Assembly (NCBI GenBank): GCA_026706845.1
Contig: JAPOXY010000024.1
Location: 4,468-68,467, forward strand
Length of the DNA stretch: 64,000 nucleotides
Source: Gemmatimonadota bacterium
GTDB lineage: Bacteria; Latescibacterota; UBA2968
Reading direction: 5' to 3'
A program made the position numbers and the translations under genes. The notes under the pieces are model-generated. The model saw only the letters and a program-made list of their open reading frames with translations. It searched no databases and had not been told where the DNA came from. The stretch's first letter is position 1, and the number at the start of each line of letters is the position of its first letter. Positions 1 to 10,685 of this stretch are shown in pieces.

Positions 1-86
1 AAGAAAATGAGCAGCAAAAAAGTAATGTCGGCCATAGATCCAGTCGGAATGCTATGTGAGACACCACCCTTTTTCTTAAAATTCAT
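1..86 (-). CDS. ExbD/TolR-family biopolymer transport protein, N-terminal fragment (gene runs off the window start)
   Basis: Reverse translation from the ATG (complement of 84-86) gives MNFKKKGGVSHSIPTGSMADITFLLLIF. This parallels the N-terminus of the adjacent ExbD paralog (GSMADIVFLLLVFF). A GGAGG RBS lies upstream. It is absent from the ORF track because it is truncated. Confidence 0.6.
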   Translation of the reverse strand, partial: MNFKKKGGVSHSIPTGSMADITFLLLIF

Positions 87-101
87 GAGAACCTCCTGAA
101 C

Positions 102-506
102 TCATTCACTGGGCGAGGCGAGCGAAATTTTATCTGCCCCTGACAATTTAATCTCGTCGAGCACATCGATAAATTGCTCATAGGGCGTTTCTTCGTCTGC
201 CTTTAATGAAATGATCAGCTTATCATTTTGCGCCAATCGCTGCTCAATATCTGCTCGAAGCATATTCAACGGCACACTTTGTTCCAAATTGATGAGAATA
301 TCCCCATTGACATTGACCCAGATGTTGCAAATGTTCTTCTTCTGAATCTTCTTGGACTCACCTGGCGGCGGCAAATGCATACCAATGCCCTTATCCTGGT
401 TCATCGTGGTGGTCACCAGAAAGAACACCAGCAGCAAAAACACGATATCTGCCATAGATCCGGTGGGGATTTCAGGTGAAGATTTTTCGCGTCGCTGAAG
501 GGCCAT
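102..506 (-). CDS. ExbD/TolR-family biopolymer transport protein
   Basis: 134 aa with a single N-terminal TM segment (MADIVFLLLVFFLVTTTM) and a periplasmic domain. It follows a MotA/TolQ/ExbB gene after a 3-nt gap. Confidence 0.85.
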   Translation of the reverse strand: MALQRREKSSPEIPTGSMADIVFLLLVFFLVTTTMNQDKGIGMHLPPPGESKKIQKKNICNIWVNVNGDILINLEQSVPLNMLRADIEQRLAQNDKLIISLKADEETPYEQFIDVLDEIKLSGADKISLASPSE

Positions 507-509
507 GTT

Positions 510-1130
510 TTAGTCCTCCTTGCCGTAGCCCAACTGAATCAGGTCATCGACAAATTGATTGGAGCTTTCCTGGAGATCGATGATGATCTTGTCAATCTTT
601 GACAGGAAGAAGTTGTATGCAGCCTGCACTGGAATAGCAACCACCAGACCCGAAGCTGTTGTAATCAAAGCTTCAGAAATACCGCCAGCCACAACACTGG
701 GATCAACATCGCCAGCAGCGGCAATATCGTTAAACGCCCGGATCATACCCGACACAGTGCCGAGGAAGCCGACGAGGGGTGCCAGATTTGCGACTGTGGA
801 AAGCCACACGAGACCACGCTCGAGAAAAGCCATTTCGATAGCGCCGGATTCTTCAATCGATTTTTCCACATGCTCAATACCGCGATCCAAACGCAACAAC
901 CCTGCATGCAACACCGTGGCGACCGGGCCACGTGTATTGGAACACAACTCGGCAGCACCTTCTGGCCCATTTTGCTTGAGGGCATCCTGAAGCTCTACCA
1001 TAAACTCTTTGGCATTGATATGTGCCTTAAAAAGCGTGTAAAAGCGCTCGATAATCACCACAACGCCAAAAAACAACATCACCAGCAACGGATACATAAA
1101 GTTTCCGCCTTTAATAAAAAGATCAACCAT
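510..1130 (-). CDS. MotA/TolQ/ExbB proton-channel family protein
   Basis: 206 aa with three TM segments and the LAPLVGFLGTVSGMIRAF signature typical of ExbB/TolQ. Confidence 0.9.
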   Translation of the reverse strand: MVDLFIKGGNFMYPLLVMLFFGVVVIIERFYTLFKAHINAKEFMVELQDALKQNGPEGAAELCSNTRGPVATVLHAGLLRLDRGIEHVEKSIEESGAIEMAFLERGLVWLSTVANLAPLVGFLGTVSGMIRAFNDIAAAGDVDPSVVAGGISEALITTASGLVVAIPVQAAYNFFLSKIDKIIIDLQESSNQFVDDLIQLGYGKED

Positions 1131-1189
1131 GCCACATCTCCCAGGTTAGGTTATGAATTGCGAAAAATGGATTAACAACATAAAACCTT

Positions 1190-2386
1190 TTACTTCTTAC
1201 CTTCGGTTTCCACCTCCTCCTTTTTCTTTTTACTGCCTTCAAAAAATTCTCGACGCTTCTTTTCTTCTTCGGTCAGAGGTGGATCAAGTGTTTGGATCAT
1301 TGCGTTGGCATTGCCCCTCCACTGCGGGTCTTTTAACGCCCTTCTATACCATATCAAGGCATTGATCGAATCCTGTTTTGCACTTGAATTTTCCCACCTG
1401 TTAAAATAATGATCGCCCCTCATATAGGGATACCTGCCATTTTGGGGATCTTGTTTCAGCCCCTTATTAACCCACTTGAGACTCCCGGTCAACTCGGCCA
1501 GTTCTTCAATCACGCCCAAATTGTCGGGCTGCATGGCGTATAATTTTTCAAGCCGATCAACCACCCAGCTCTTGGATTTACTCAACCTCTTACCCAATTT
1601 AATGGTCTCTTCCAAAAAGAAAACACTCGAGACATCGTTTTGATACAATTTTTCAAAGGCATCAAAGGCTTTATCATCCTCGCCTCTTCGGTCGTACATA
1701 CCCGCCAATTTTTCCAGCGTAGCATAATCATCGGGATTTATCTCCAGCACTTTTTCCATTTCGGCCAGAGCTTCGTCCTCGCCGCCTGTTCGCAGGTGTA
1801 ATTTACCAATCATATCCCGCACTTCGGGCTCATCGGGAGCCAATTCACCCCACATTTTGGCATAATCCAATGCTTTTTCATAGTCTTCAGTTTCAACATT
1901 CAAACTGACCAGCGCGTGATAATATTTAATTTTTTCCTCTGCCGTGAGGTCAAATGCCAGCAACGCTTCATAATTCTCAATGGCTTTTTCGGGCTGCTCC
2001 TGTATAATATAGATGCGTGCTAATGCAACGTGTGCTCCCCTGGTGTATTTGCTTGTAGGCTCAAGTTCAACAGCTTTTTGAAACCAGGTAATCGCATCTT
2101 CGTACCTTTCTATTTCTTCGTACAATCTGCCCAGGTATCGAGCGGTAGTTGCTCTTTTGGGATTAAAACCCCACGATTTCAAAAATTGCGTTTCGGCATC
2201 TTCGTATTGCTTGCTCTTGAGATATCGAGCACCAAAAGACAGGTGTTGGCCGGCTTTCTTAATAGAATCCGCCTTTGTCATCTCGGGTTCGCCATCTTCG
2301 GCAAAACAAAATGACGCTGTACCCAGAACAAAAAAACCGCACAACAAAGCCAAAAAACCAGATCGGAATTTCAAATCCAAAATCAT
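1190..2386 (-). CDS. Secreted tetratricopeptide-repeat protein
   Basis: Multiple TPR-like repeats (YEDAITWFQKAVELEP, YEKALDYAKMW and others). There is a signal-like N-terminus (FLALLCGFFVLGTASFCFA). I prefer the internal ATG at 2386 with a GGAGA RBS; the ORF track extends to 2440. Confidence 0.75.
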   Translation of the reverse strand: MILDLKFRSGFLALLCGFFVLGTASFCFAEDGEPEMTKADSIKKAGQHLSFGARYLKSKQYEDAETQFLKSWGFNPKRATTARYLGRLYEEIERYEDAITWFQKAVELEPTSKYTRGAHVALARIYIIQEQPEKAIENYEALLAFDLTAEEKIKYYHALVSLNVETEDYEKALDYAKMWGELAPDEPEVRDMIGKLHLRTGGEDEALAEMEKVLEINPDDYATLEKLAGMYDRRGEDDKAFDAFEKLYQNDVSSVFFLEETIKLGKRLSKSKSWVVDRLEKLYAMQPDNLGVIEELAELTGSLKWVNKGLKQDPQNGRYPYMRGDHYFNRWENSSAKQDSINALIWYRRALKDPQWRGNANAMIQTLDPPLTEEEKKRREFFEGSKKKKEEVETEGKK

Positions 2387-2783
2387 GGTTCCAGTCTCCA
2401 TGCTATATGGGATGAAAATTCGCAGAAAACGGCACATCACAGGCCGTTTCCCTTACTTAGCAGGAAAAATATACAACCCACAGCAAAAAATAATGCACAC
2501 AAGTATCGGGGCAGAAGAATCTAATGAATGAAAAAAAACCTGTCAAGCCTAAATCTGCTTCAAATTAAACGAAATACAAATCAATAGAGTTCCCGGTATA
2601 TCCAACACTGCAACAATGTTTTATGAGAAGTGTTAATTATCCCAGCCTTAAAAATTCAAGATGGCTAATCAGTTAATGACGGTATTAGAAGTTTGAGTTG
2701 ATAAAAACTAAAAAATAAAAGCAGCAAAGACCAGTGTCAACTCCTTTTCCAGAGACACTGTAAACAAAATTCTATTTCACGCA

Positions 2784-2812
2784 TTGACAGAACAAAAGAG
2801 AAGCGGTATATT
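2784..2812 (+). promoter_or_regulatory. Sigma-70-type promoter (TTGACA-17 nt-TATATT)
   Basis: TTGACA at 2784-2789 and TATATT at 2807-2812 with an exact 17-nt spacer, in an AT-rich intergenic region upstream of guaB. Confidence 0.55.
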
Positions 2813-2819
2813 TGGCAAA

Positions 2820-2977
2820 TATAGTCGCGATTTGGAGAACCATCATGCACCAGAGGTTTTACACTTATTGTTGTCGGAAAAAACGGCGGATTACACCTCC
2901 GCCAGGCCTCAGAGCGGGGTGTGTAACTGTGCCTGCCTCCTGAAACCCCTTGATGTGTCTGCGTCAAGGGGATTTTT
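2820..2977 (+). ncRNA. Candidate structured leader RNA (riboswitch-like attenuator) or small RNA upstream of guaB, class unknown
   Basis: A roughly 158-nt unit is bounded by the promoter and an intrinsic terminator. It has a 6-bp hairpin GGCGGA/TCCGCC (2885-2903) with loop UUACACC. TTACAC occurs twice (2859-2864 and 2891-2896), and both copies are complementary to GTGTAA (2921-2926). GGGG at 2916-2919 can compete with the terminator 3' arm for CCCC at 2946-2949. Confidence 0.35.
2946..2977 (+). terminator. Rho-independent terminator or attenuator hairpin
   Basis: CCCCTTGA (2946-2953) pairs with TCAAGGGG (2964-2971) and is followed by TTTTT (2973-2977). It lies about 70 nt upstream of the guaB start. 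Confidence 0.6.
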
Positions 2978-3035
2978 GTATTCGACTCAAAAAAGAGAGA
3001 AATAATCCTCATCAACTTTCTCGACTTCACTATAG

Positions 3036-4532
<1,497 letters not shown>

Positions 4533-4543
4533 TACCAAACCCC

Positions 4544-6202
4544 ATGCCAGACCGTCCCAACATTCTCGTCCTCATGACCGATCAGCAGCGAGCCGATGCC
4601 CTGGGTTGCGCTGGAAATACAACAATCCGCACGCCCAACCTCGACGGACTCGCCAATTCGGGTGTACGCTTTACACAGGCCGTCACGCCCACCCCCGTCT
4701 GCGTTGCCGCGCGCATGAGTTTTATCACCGGTCACAGAATGTCCCGGCACCACTGGACAGACAACAGTGCGCTACCTGGGCCCTTACCCGAGCTTCCCAC
4801 CATCATGACGCTTCTTCTCCGCGCCGGGTACTGGACGCAGGGCATTGGGAAAATGCACTTTCGCGGTCGGCACTACGGCTTCCGAAATCTCCTCACAATG
4901 GAAGAATGCATCGATCACCGGGTCGATGACGACTACCTCCGCTATCTGCGAGAAAACGGTGTTCGCACCCGTTTTCCCAAAGGCATCCGCGATCTGCTCT
5001 TCTTCCAGCCCCAAACCTGTGGCATACCCGTTGAACACCACAAAAATACCTGGGTCGCCGACCAGTCCATTGACTTTCTCCGCGAACACACGCGCTATCG
5101 CGCCAATCAACCCTTTTTCCTGTGGAGTTCCTGGATATCACCGCATCCGCCCTTTGCGCCCTGTGAACCGTACGACGACATGTACAACCCCGCCGACATG
5201 GCACTCCCGCCATTTGCCGAGCGCCCTATCGAAACCCTGCCCCCCAATTTTTACGGCAGCCGCGGACGTCTGGATGGAGCTCACCGCGACCCCGACCGTC
5301 TGCGCCGTCTGCGCGCCCTTTACTATGGCCTCATCTCCCATGTTGACGACGGCATCGGTCGCATTTTGAATGAACTCGAAACCCTCGGTCTATCCGATAA
5401 CACCGTCGTCCTCTTTGTCTCAGACCACGGTGAAATGATGGGCGAACACGGCCTTTCGCAAAAAAACTGTCCTTATGAATCCTCCGTCCGCATTCCATAT
5501 CTCCTCCGCTGGCCCGGCAAAACGCGAGCAGGGCAACAACGCGATGACCTCGTCAGCCTGCTCGACTTCTTTCCCACCCTCATAGAAGAACTCGACCTCC
5601 AGTATCCAGAAGAACATGGCCCGTTACCAGGAGCGAATCTCCTCGGCACAACAGGTGGGGGCCTGGCAGAGCCTCGAGAATCCGCGATTATAGACTACGG
5701 CAAGGGCAAAGGACGCTGGATTTCAGCGCGCAACCAGAAACACAAATACGCCTTTTTTGCCCACGGCGGAATCGAAGAACTCTACCACCTTGAAAACGAT
5801 CCACACGAACAGCACAACCTCATCGCCCAAAACCCCGCATTGGTGTCAAAATTTCGCGATCAAATCATCGCCTGGGAACGACAATATGGCCTGAGTAATT
5901 CGCTTGACGGCGATAGACTGCGCTTGTATTCCGGTCCGGCCCGCATACCCACAGAAAAAGAATGCCGCACGGTCATCCTCAACGACGGCCCCTGGCCCAA
6001 GCGCTTGCCCGACGATGAAAAAGACAGCATCGAAACCTTTGCCGAAGCATTTACCCGCGCCATCAGCAAAGAAACCACCTTATCGCCCGACAAATTGAGC
6101 ATCGGAAAATATAAAGAACAAGTACTCAAACGCAGCCCTCGGGATATCGCCGCAGAATCGCTTGAAGGCACACCCTGGGAAGACGCATGGCACAACGCAT
6201 AA
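4544..6202 (+). CDS. Sulfatase-family protein (arylsulfatase-like)
   Basis: PNILVLMTDQQRADALG at the N-terminus and the formylglycine-site variant C-V-A-A-R-MSFITG. The ATG at 4544 is preferred; the ORF-track extension from 4391 overlaps guaB. Confidence 0.9.
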   Translation: MPDRPNILVLMTDQQRADALGCAGNTTIRTPNLDGLANSGVRFTQAVTPTPVCVAARMSFITGHRMSRHHWTDNSALPGPLPELPTIMTLLLRAGYWTQGIGKMHFRGRHYGFRNLLTMEECIDHRVDDDYLRYLRENGVRTRFPKGIRDLLFFQPQTCGIPVEHHKNTWVADQSIDFLREHTRYRANQPFFLWSSWISPHPPFAPCEPYDDMYNPADMALPPFAERPIETLPPNFYGSRGRLDGAHRDPDRLRRLRALYYGLISHVDDGIGRILNELETLGLSDNTVVLFVSDHGEMMGEHGLSQKNCPYESSVRIPYLLRWPGKTRAGQQRDDLVSLLDFFPTLIEELDLQYPEEHGPLPGANLLGTTGGGLAEPRESAIIDYGKGKGRWISARNQKHKYAFFAHGGIEELYHLENDPHEQHNLIAQNPALVSKFRDQIIAWERQYGLSNSLDGDRLRLYSGPARIPTEKECRTVILNDGPWPKRLPDDEKDSIETFAEAFTRAISKETTLSPDKLSIGKYKEQVLKRSPRDIAAESLEGTPWEDAWHNA

Positions 6203-6245
6203 GCACTGACAAAATTCATTCATATTAGATAATCCGATTAATCCC

Positions 6246-6989
6246 ATGCCAGACTACGCCACTTTTGAAAACCGCTTAAAAAATATCGCGCACCCCGACA
6301 TTGCCCATCGCATCATTGGCCATGTTCACGGTTATGCTTTTCATTGCCTCACAATTGGCAAACCCGCGCCATCAAAACCGAATATTCTCCTCTCGGCAGG
6401 TGTACACGGCGATGAACCCGCAGGCGTCGAAGCCATCCTTCAATTTCTCGAACGCGATCTCAAAGATATAATCCATCGCTTTCACATCGTCGTTTTACCC
6501 TGTGTCAACCCTTCTGGATACGTCAACAACCAGCGAGAAAACATTCAGGGTGAAGACATTAATCGCGCTTTCAAAAACGAAGTTCCCGAATCCACCCTTG
6601 TCAAACAGCAGCTTGCGGGATATCGTTTTGACGTCTTTCTCGACATGCACGAAGATTACGACGCAACAGGTACTTATTTTTACGAAGGCAAACGCGATAG
6701 CGCGTGGTTGGCGCCAGCCATCGCGCACCGGACAAAAAAAATCGGTCCCCTGGATGCGGATACCGGTGAAACCGATATCCCACTCGCAGAGGGCGTCTTG
6801 CAAGTCGATCCCGCCTGGGGTGAAAGCGGTTTTACCTCTTATGTCTATATCCATCATGCCGACCATGTCCTGATCACTGAAACATCATCCAATTGGCCTA
6901 TGGATAGGCGAGCTAAAGTACACCTGCTCGCCCTTGATATGATCCTCGATCACTATTCGACGTCACTCAAAGGAGAACCACGTGAATAA
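6246..6989 (+). CDS. M14-like zinc carboxypeptidase or succinylglutamate desuccinylase/aspartoacylase-family protein
   Basis: GVHGDEPAG zinc-binding motif, and a size and layout typical of the AstE/AspA-M14 superfamily. Confidence 0.65.
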   Translation: MPDYATFENRLKNIAHPDIAHRIIGHVHGYAFHCLTIGKPAPSKPNILLSAGVHGDEPAGVEAILQFLERDLKDIIHRFHIVVLPCVNPSGYVNNQRENIQGEDINRAFKNEVPESTLVKQQLAGYRFDVFLDMHEDYDATGTYFYEGKRDSAWLAPAIAHRTKKIGPLDADTGETDIPLAEGVLQVDPAWGESGFTSYVYIHHADHVLITETSSNWPMDRRAKVHLLALDMILDHYSTSLKGEPRE

Positions 6990-7596
6990 CCCAGCATTCG
7001 AACCCATTGAAGACGAACCCGGCCTTCCTCGCGTACTGATCATTGGGGACTCCATCTCCATTGGCTATACCGTGCCCGTGCGCGAACTGCTCAAAGGCAA
7101 AGCCAACCTCTACCGCCCGCTCACCAACTGCGGACCGACAAAGCGCGGCGTAGAAGAAATCGAAAACTGGCTCGGTGACGGTTCCTGGGATGTCATCCAC
7201 TTCAACTGGGGATTACACGACATCGTCTATATGACAGAACAGGGTGAACGCGTCGATCCACCGCAGGGCCAACACCAGGTGCGTGCCAACCACTACGAAC
7301 AAAACCTCGACACCCTGGTCAAACGCCTCAAACAAACCGGTGCCAAACTAATCTGGTGCGCCACCACACCGGTTCCAGAAGGCGCATCCATCCGCAAACC
7401 CGGCGACGAAATTGAATACAATGCCATCGCACAAAAAGTCATGGATGCACACGGCATTCCCACACATGACCTCTATACTTATGCTATGGAACGCCTTGAC
7501 GATATACAACTCCCCGCCAACGTGCATTTTTCAAAAGAAGGCTCTGCTGTACTGGCTAAATCTGTTGTGCAACATATCTCGGATATATTGGACTGA
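6982..7596 (+). CDS. SGNH/GDSL hydrolase-family protein
   Basis: Block I motif [10 protein letters not shown] near the N-terminus. 204 aa. Overlaps the upstream gene by 8 nt. Confidence 0.8.
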   Translation: MNNPAFEPIEDEPGLPRVLIIGDSISIGYTVPVRELLKGKANLYRPLTNCGPTKRGVEEIENWLGDGSWDVIHFNWGLHDIVYMTEQGERVDPPQGQHQVRANHYEQNLDTLVKRLKQTGAKLIWCATTPVPEGASIRKPGDEIEYNAIAQKVMDAHGIPTHDLYTYAMERLDDIQLPANVHFSKEGSAVLAKSVVQHISDILD

Positions 7597-7618
7597 GAAT
7601 TTTTTTCAGGAGTTTTAC

Positions 7619-8617
7619 ATGTCTTATCGCATTGGAATTGTCGGTGCTGGCGGTATCTCGCGTGCTCATGGTCGGGCGGCTGCACAATCTGACCGCGCAG
7701 AAATCGTCGCAGTCTGCGATGTCTTGCCCGAAGCAGTTGAGAGATACCGCGGCGAATTTGACGTCCGAAAAGGTTATACAGATCTCGACCTGATGCTCGA
7801 CAATGAAAATCTCGACATCGCCATCATCTGCACCTGGGGCCGCTATCACGCCAGCCTGAGCAATCAAATTGCAAAATCGCAAAAAGTTCGCGCCATCCTC
7901 TGTGAAAAACCCATCACACAAACCGCTGCAGAATGCCGAGAAATGGTCGCCTGCGCCAAAGCCAACAATATCCTCCTCGCCGAAGCCTTCAAATTCCGAC
8001 ATCACCCCTTACATCTCAAAGCCAAAGAAATTCTCGACAGTGGAAAAATCGGACCTCTGAGCAACATTCGCAGCACCTTTTGCACGGGCGTTTCAGACGA
8101 CCGCCGAAAACCCGAACTCAACTGGCGTTTCAACAAAGAAAAAGGCGGAGGCGCAGTCTATGACCTGGGTTGTTACAACACCCATCACGCCCGCTTCATA
8201 GCCAACGCCGACCCCATCCGCGTCTATGCCACGGGAGAATTTGGTCGAGAAGTGGATGAAACAATTATCGCCATCTACGAATTTCCCAATCACGTCACCG
8301 CCCAACTCACATTTAGCTTCAAAATGGCCTCCTCACAATATTTTGAAATCTCAGGCATCGATGGCATGTTGCGAACAGAACTCGCATGGAACAACGAAAA
8401 CCGGCCCACGACCCTTGAGGTCCGCACCCGCGATGGCATTGAAACCCATGAATTTGAACCCGTCTTTCAATTCCTGAACCAGCTCCATCACCTGTGCGAT
8501 TGCCTTGACACCGGGCAGCCACACCGCATCCCACCCGAAAACAGCATTGGCAATATGAAAACCATGGACGCCATCTACGAGTCCATAAAAACGCAACAAC
8601 CCGTTGACATTTCCTGA
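7619..8617 (+). CDS. Gfo/Idh/MocA-family oxidoreductase
   Basis: N-terminal Rossmann motif YRIGIVGAGGISRAHG and a CEKP motif. The ATG at 7619 is preferred over the ORF-track start at 7412, which overlaps the previous gene. Confidence 0.9.
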   Translation: MSYRIGIVGAGGISRAHGRAAAQSDRAEIVAVCDVLPEAVERYRGEFDVRKGYTDLDLMLDNENLDIAIICTWGRYHASLSNQIAKSQKVRAILCEKPITQTAAECREMVACAKANNILLAEAFKFRHHPLHLKAKEILDSGKIGPLSNIRSTFCTGVSDDRRKPELNWRFNKEKGGGAVYDLGCYNTHHARFIANADPIRVYATGEFGREVDETIIAIYEFPNHVTAQLTFSFKMASSQYFEISGIDGMLRTELAWNNENRPTTLEVRTRDGIETHEFEPVFQFLNQLHHLCDCLDTGQPHRIPPENSIGNMKTMDAIYESIKTQQPVDIS

Positions 8618-8621
8618 AATC

Positions 8622-9317
8622 ATGAAACTGCACTATCTCCAGCATGTACCTTTTGAAGGACTGGGCAGCATTGCATCCTGGGCAAAAGCGCGTCGCGCTC
8701 AAATTTCGCGCACGCGTCTCTTTGCTGGCGAGGCATTGCCATCAGCCGATGAAATTGATCTGTTAGTCGTCATGGGAGGACCCATGGGCGTCTATGACGA
8801 ACGCGACTATCCCTGGCTCATACGAGAGAAGGAATTTTTGAAACAGGCGATGGATTCAAATACACGGATACTGGGCGTCTGCCTGGGTGCCCAACTCATA
8901 GCCGACGTACTCGGAGCCAAAGTCTATCCCAACGACCACAAAGAAATCGGCTGGTTTCCCATTGAAGGCGTGCAAACGCATGAAAAAATCGGGCTGTTAC
9001 TCGCACAGGCTGGCAAAGTCTTTCACTGGCATGGCGATACTTATGACCTCCCCACTGACGCGACTCATCTCGCCAAAAGCCGTGCCTGTAAGAATCAGGC
9101 ATTCTCTGTAGGCGATCAGATACTCGCACTGCAATTTCACCTGGAAACAACGCGCAGCGCAGCCCGGGCATTGGTCGATAACTGTGGGCACGAAATCGTC
9201 GAAGCGCCCTATATTCAGCCCGCCTGCGAAATACTGACAGATCAACGCGAATTTGAACGTATCAACATCCTCATGGCGGAATGTCTCGATCTGTTTGCGG
9301 GAAATATCAAAAAATAA
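8622..9317 (+). CDS. Class I glutamine amidotransferase-like protein
   Basis: Nucleophile elbow GVCLGAQLIA and a downstream LQFHLE (His/Glu of the triad). ATG at 8622, 5 nt after the upstream stop. Confidence 0.8.
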   Translation: MKLHYLQHVPFEGLGSIASWAKARRAQISRTRLFAGEALPSADEIDLLVVMGGPMGVYDERDYPWLIREKEFLKQAMDSNTRILGVCLGAQLIADVLGAKVYPNDHKEIGWFPIEGVQTHEKIGLLLAQAGKVFHWHGDTYDLPTDATHLAKSRACKNQAFSVGDQILALQFHLETTRSAARALVDNCGHEIVEAPYIQPACEILTDQREFERINILMAECLDLFAGNIKK

Positions 9318-9368
9318 AAAAGCGACCCTTAAGGCCGCTTTCTCCATAGATCAAATTGCAGGTTTACC

Positions 9369-10571
9369 TCACTGAGATCCCGTCATCCTCGACACAGTCC
9401 GAAACGCGATCTCCCTCGGGTAAAAGAATCCCCGTATCCGTCCGAGAATCCGCCACTCATTCAAATCCACCACTGTAAGTCCCGGTCCCCCAGCCTGTCG
9501 CACAAGCGTTGCAACATAAGCCCGAGAGCCATCGGGCGAAACCCCGAGTATCGTCGAATCATTCCCCAATCGCAATGTGCGAACAATCAAATTGTGCTCC
9601 ACATCAATTTCCAATAACACGCCCACTGCGCTCACGTATAATAACTTTTTATCGGGCGAAAACTCTGCGCCAAACGAACCCTCCTGATCAATCTGAAGCG
9701 CACCCACCACCTGATTGGTATTGAGATCTAAAACAGAAATCACACCGCGACTCCAATTTGTCACATAAGCGCGCGTGCCATCCTGCGTAATTGAGATCTC
9801 TAACGGAATATCACCGATAATTATCCTCGCCGTAACCGTCATCGTTGCCAAATCAACGACCTCCACATTTCGATCGGTTTGATTTGCCACATACAACTTT
9901 GTGCCATCGGGCGAGAGCGCGACGTCAATTGGTCGGTCGCCCACCAGGATAGAATCCACAGTAACGCCATTCACCACATCCACCACGCGAACCAGGTCCT
10001 GTATTTGATCGGCCACATAAGCCCGCGTCTGATCGGGACTCAACACTGCTTTGCCCCGCGATTCAACGGGCACGCTAAACTCCACCTGATGGCGCGTGTC
10101 CAACTTGAAAAAACCAAACACCTCCGCCACATAAATCGACTGCTGATCCGCAGACACTATAACCCCACCCGGACCGCGATAGGGCATATAATCGAGTATC
10201 AGATGTGAATCGGAATCCAGTGCTATAACCGAACTATCATCTATATCCGCCACATAAATGATATATCGCTCTCCGCTCGGTTCAGCGGGCGTCTGCGCTT
10301 GACCATAAGAAGAACTAAATGCCAAAAAATCGTTAAAATTCGTGACCCCGTCCTCATTTAAATCCGTGCGAGGATCATAGATCTCACCTTCAGTATCCGC
10401 ATTAAAACTATTGACAAAGTACAAAAAATCAGTAAACGTCACCTCGCCATCGCCATCAAAATCCGATGCCATAGGACCGTTAGCCACCCAAAACACCTTC
10501 GTCTCAGCCCGCAGGTCTCCCCCGTTCAGGGCCATAAGCATACAAAGCACAGCGCAAAAGCGTAAATTCAT
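9369..10571 (-). CDS. Secreted YVTN-type beta-propeller repeat protein with dockerin/EF-hand-like repeats
   Basis: Signal peptide. Two DxDxDG-type repeats (DFDGDGEVTFTDFLYF, DLNEDGVTNFNDFLAF). Repeated units of the form SPDGTxxYVAN (SPDQTRAYVAD, SPDGTKLYVAN, QDGTRAYVTN, SPDKKLLYVS, SPDGSRAYVA). Confidence 0.75.
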   Translation of the reverse strand: MNLRFCAVLCMLMALNGGDLRAETKVFWVANGPMASDFDGDGEVTFTDFLYFVNSFNADTEGEIYDPRTDLNEDGVTNFNDFLAFSSSYGQAQTPAEPSGERYIIYVADIDDSSVIALDSDSHLILDYMPYRGPGGVIVSADQQSIYVAEVFGFFKLDTRHQVEFSVPVESRGKAVLSPDQTRAYVADQIQDLVRVVDVVNGVTVDSILVGDRPIDVALSPDGTKLYVANQTDRNVEVVDLATMTVTARIIIGDIPLEISITQDGTRAYVTNWSRGVISVLDLNTNQVVGALQIDQEGSFGAEFSPDKKLLYVSAVGVLLEIDVEHNLIVRTLRLGNDSTILGVSPDGSRAYVATLVRQAGGPGLTVVDLNEWRILGRIRGFFYPREIAFRTVSRMTGSQ

Positions 10572-10685
10572 CGGGATACGTCCTTTCTCAATTGTCGGTA
10601 GCAAAACAAGCGGTCAGTCCCAACCACTCAACCCAACCAGCCTCCTGTCCCCTTTGTGGCTTAGTGTCTTTGTGTGAGTAATTTA

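Noticed and set aside
559-990. Long antisense or shadow ORFs inside real genes (for example 559..990, 3371..3994, 16870..17661, 17894..18595, 32265..32963, 56995..58143, 60107..60685)
   Set aside because: They lie opposite or out of frame to genes with clear family motifs. Their products are Arg/Pro/Ser/His-rich and low in complexity, as expected for shadow frames. No motifs or RBS were seen.
2811-2826. Sigma-54-like TGGCAA-N5-GTCGC element near the guaB leader start
   Set aside because: The GC of the putative -12 element is displaced by one position from the required GG-to-GC spacing and the TTGC core is missing. The overlapping sigma-70 promoter fits much better.
2820-2977. Assignment of the guaB leader to a known riboswitch class (purine, ZTP/pfl, ykkC-PRPP/ppGpp, glycine, c-di-GMP)
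   Set aside because: Only loose resemblance was found, for example CCGCCAGGCC vs the ZTP CCGCCUGGGC, while the other conserved cores were not found by eye. It cannot be confirmed without a covariance-model search, so the class is left unassigned.
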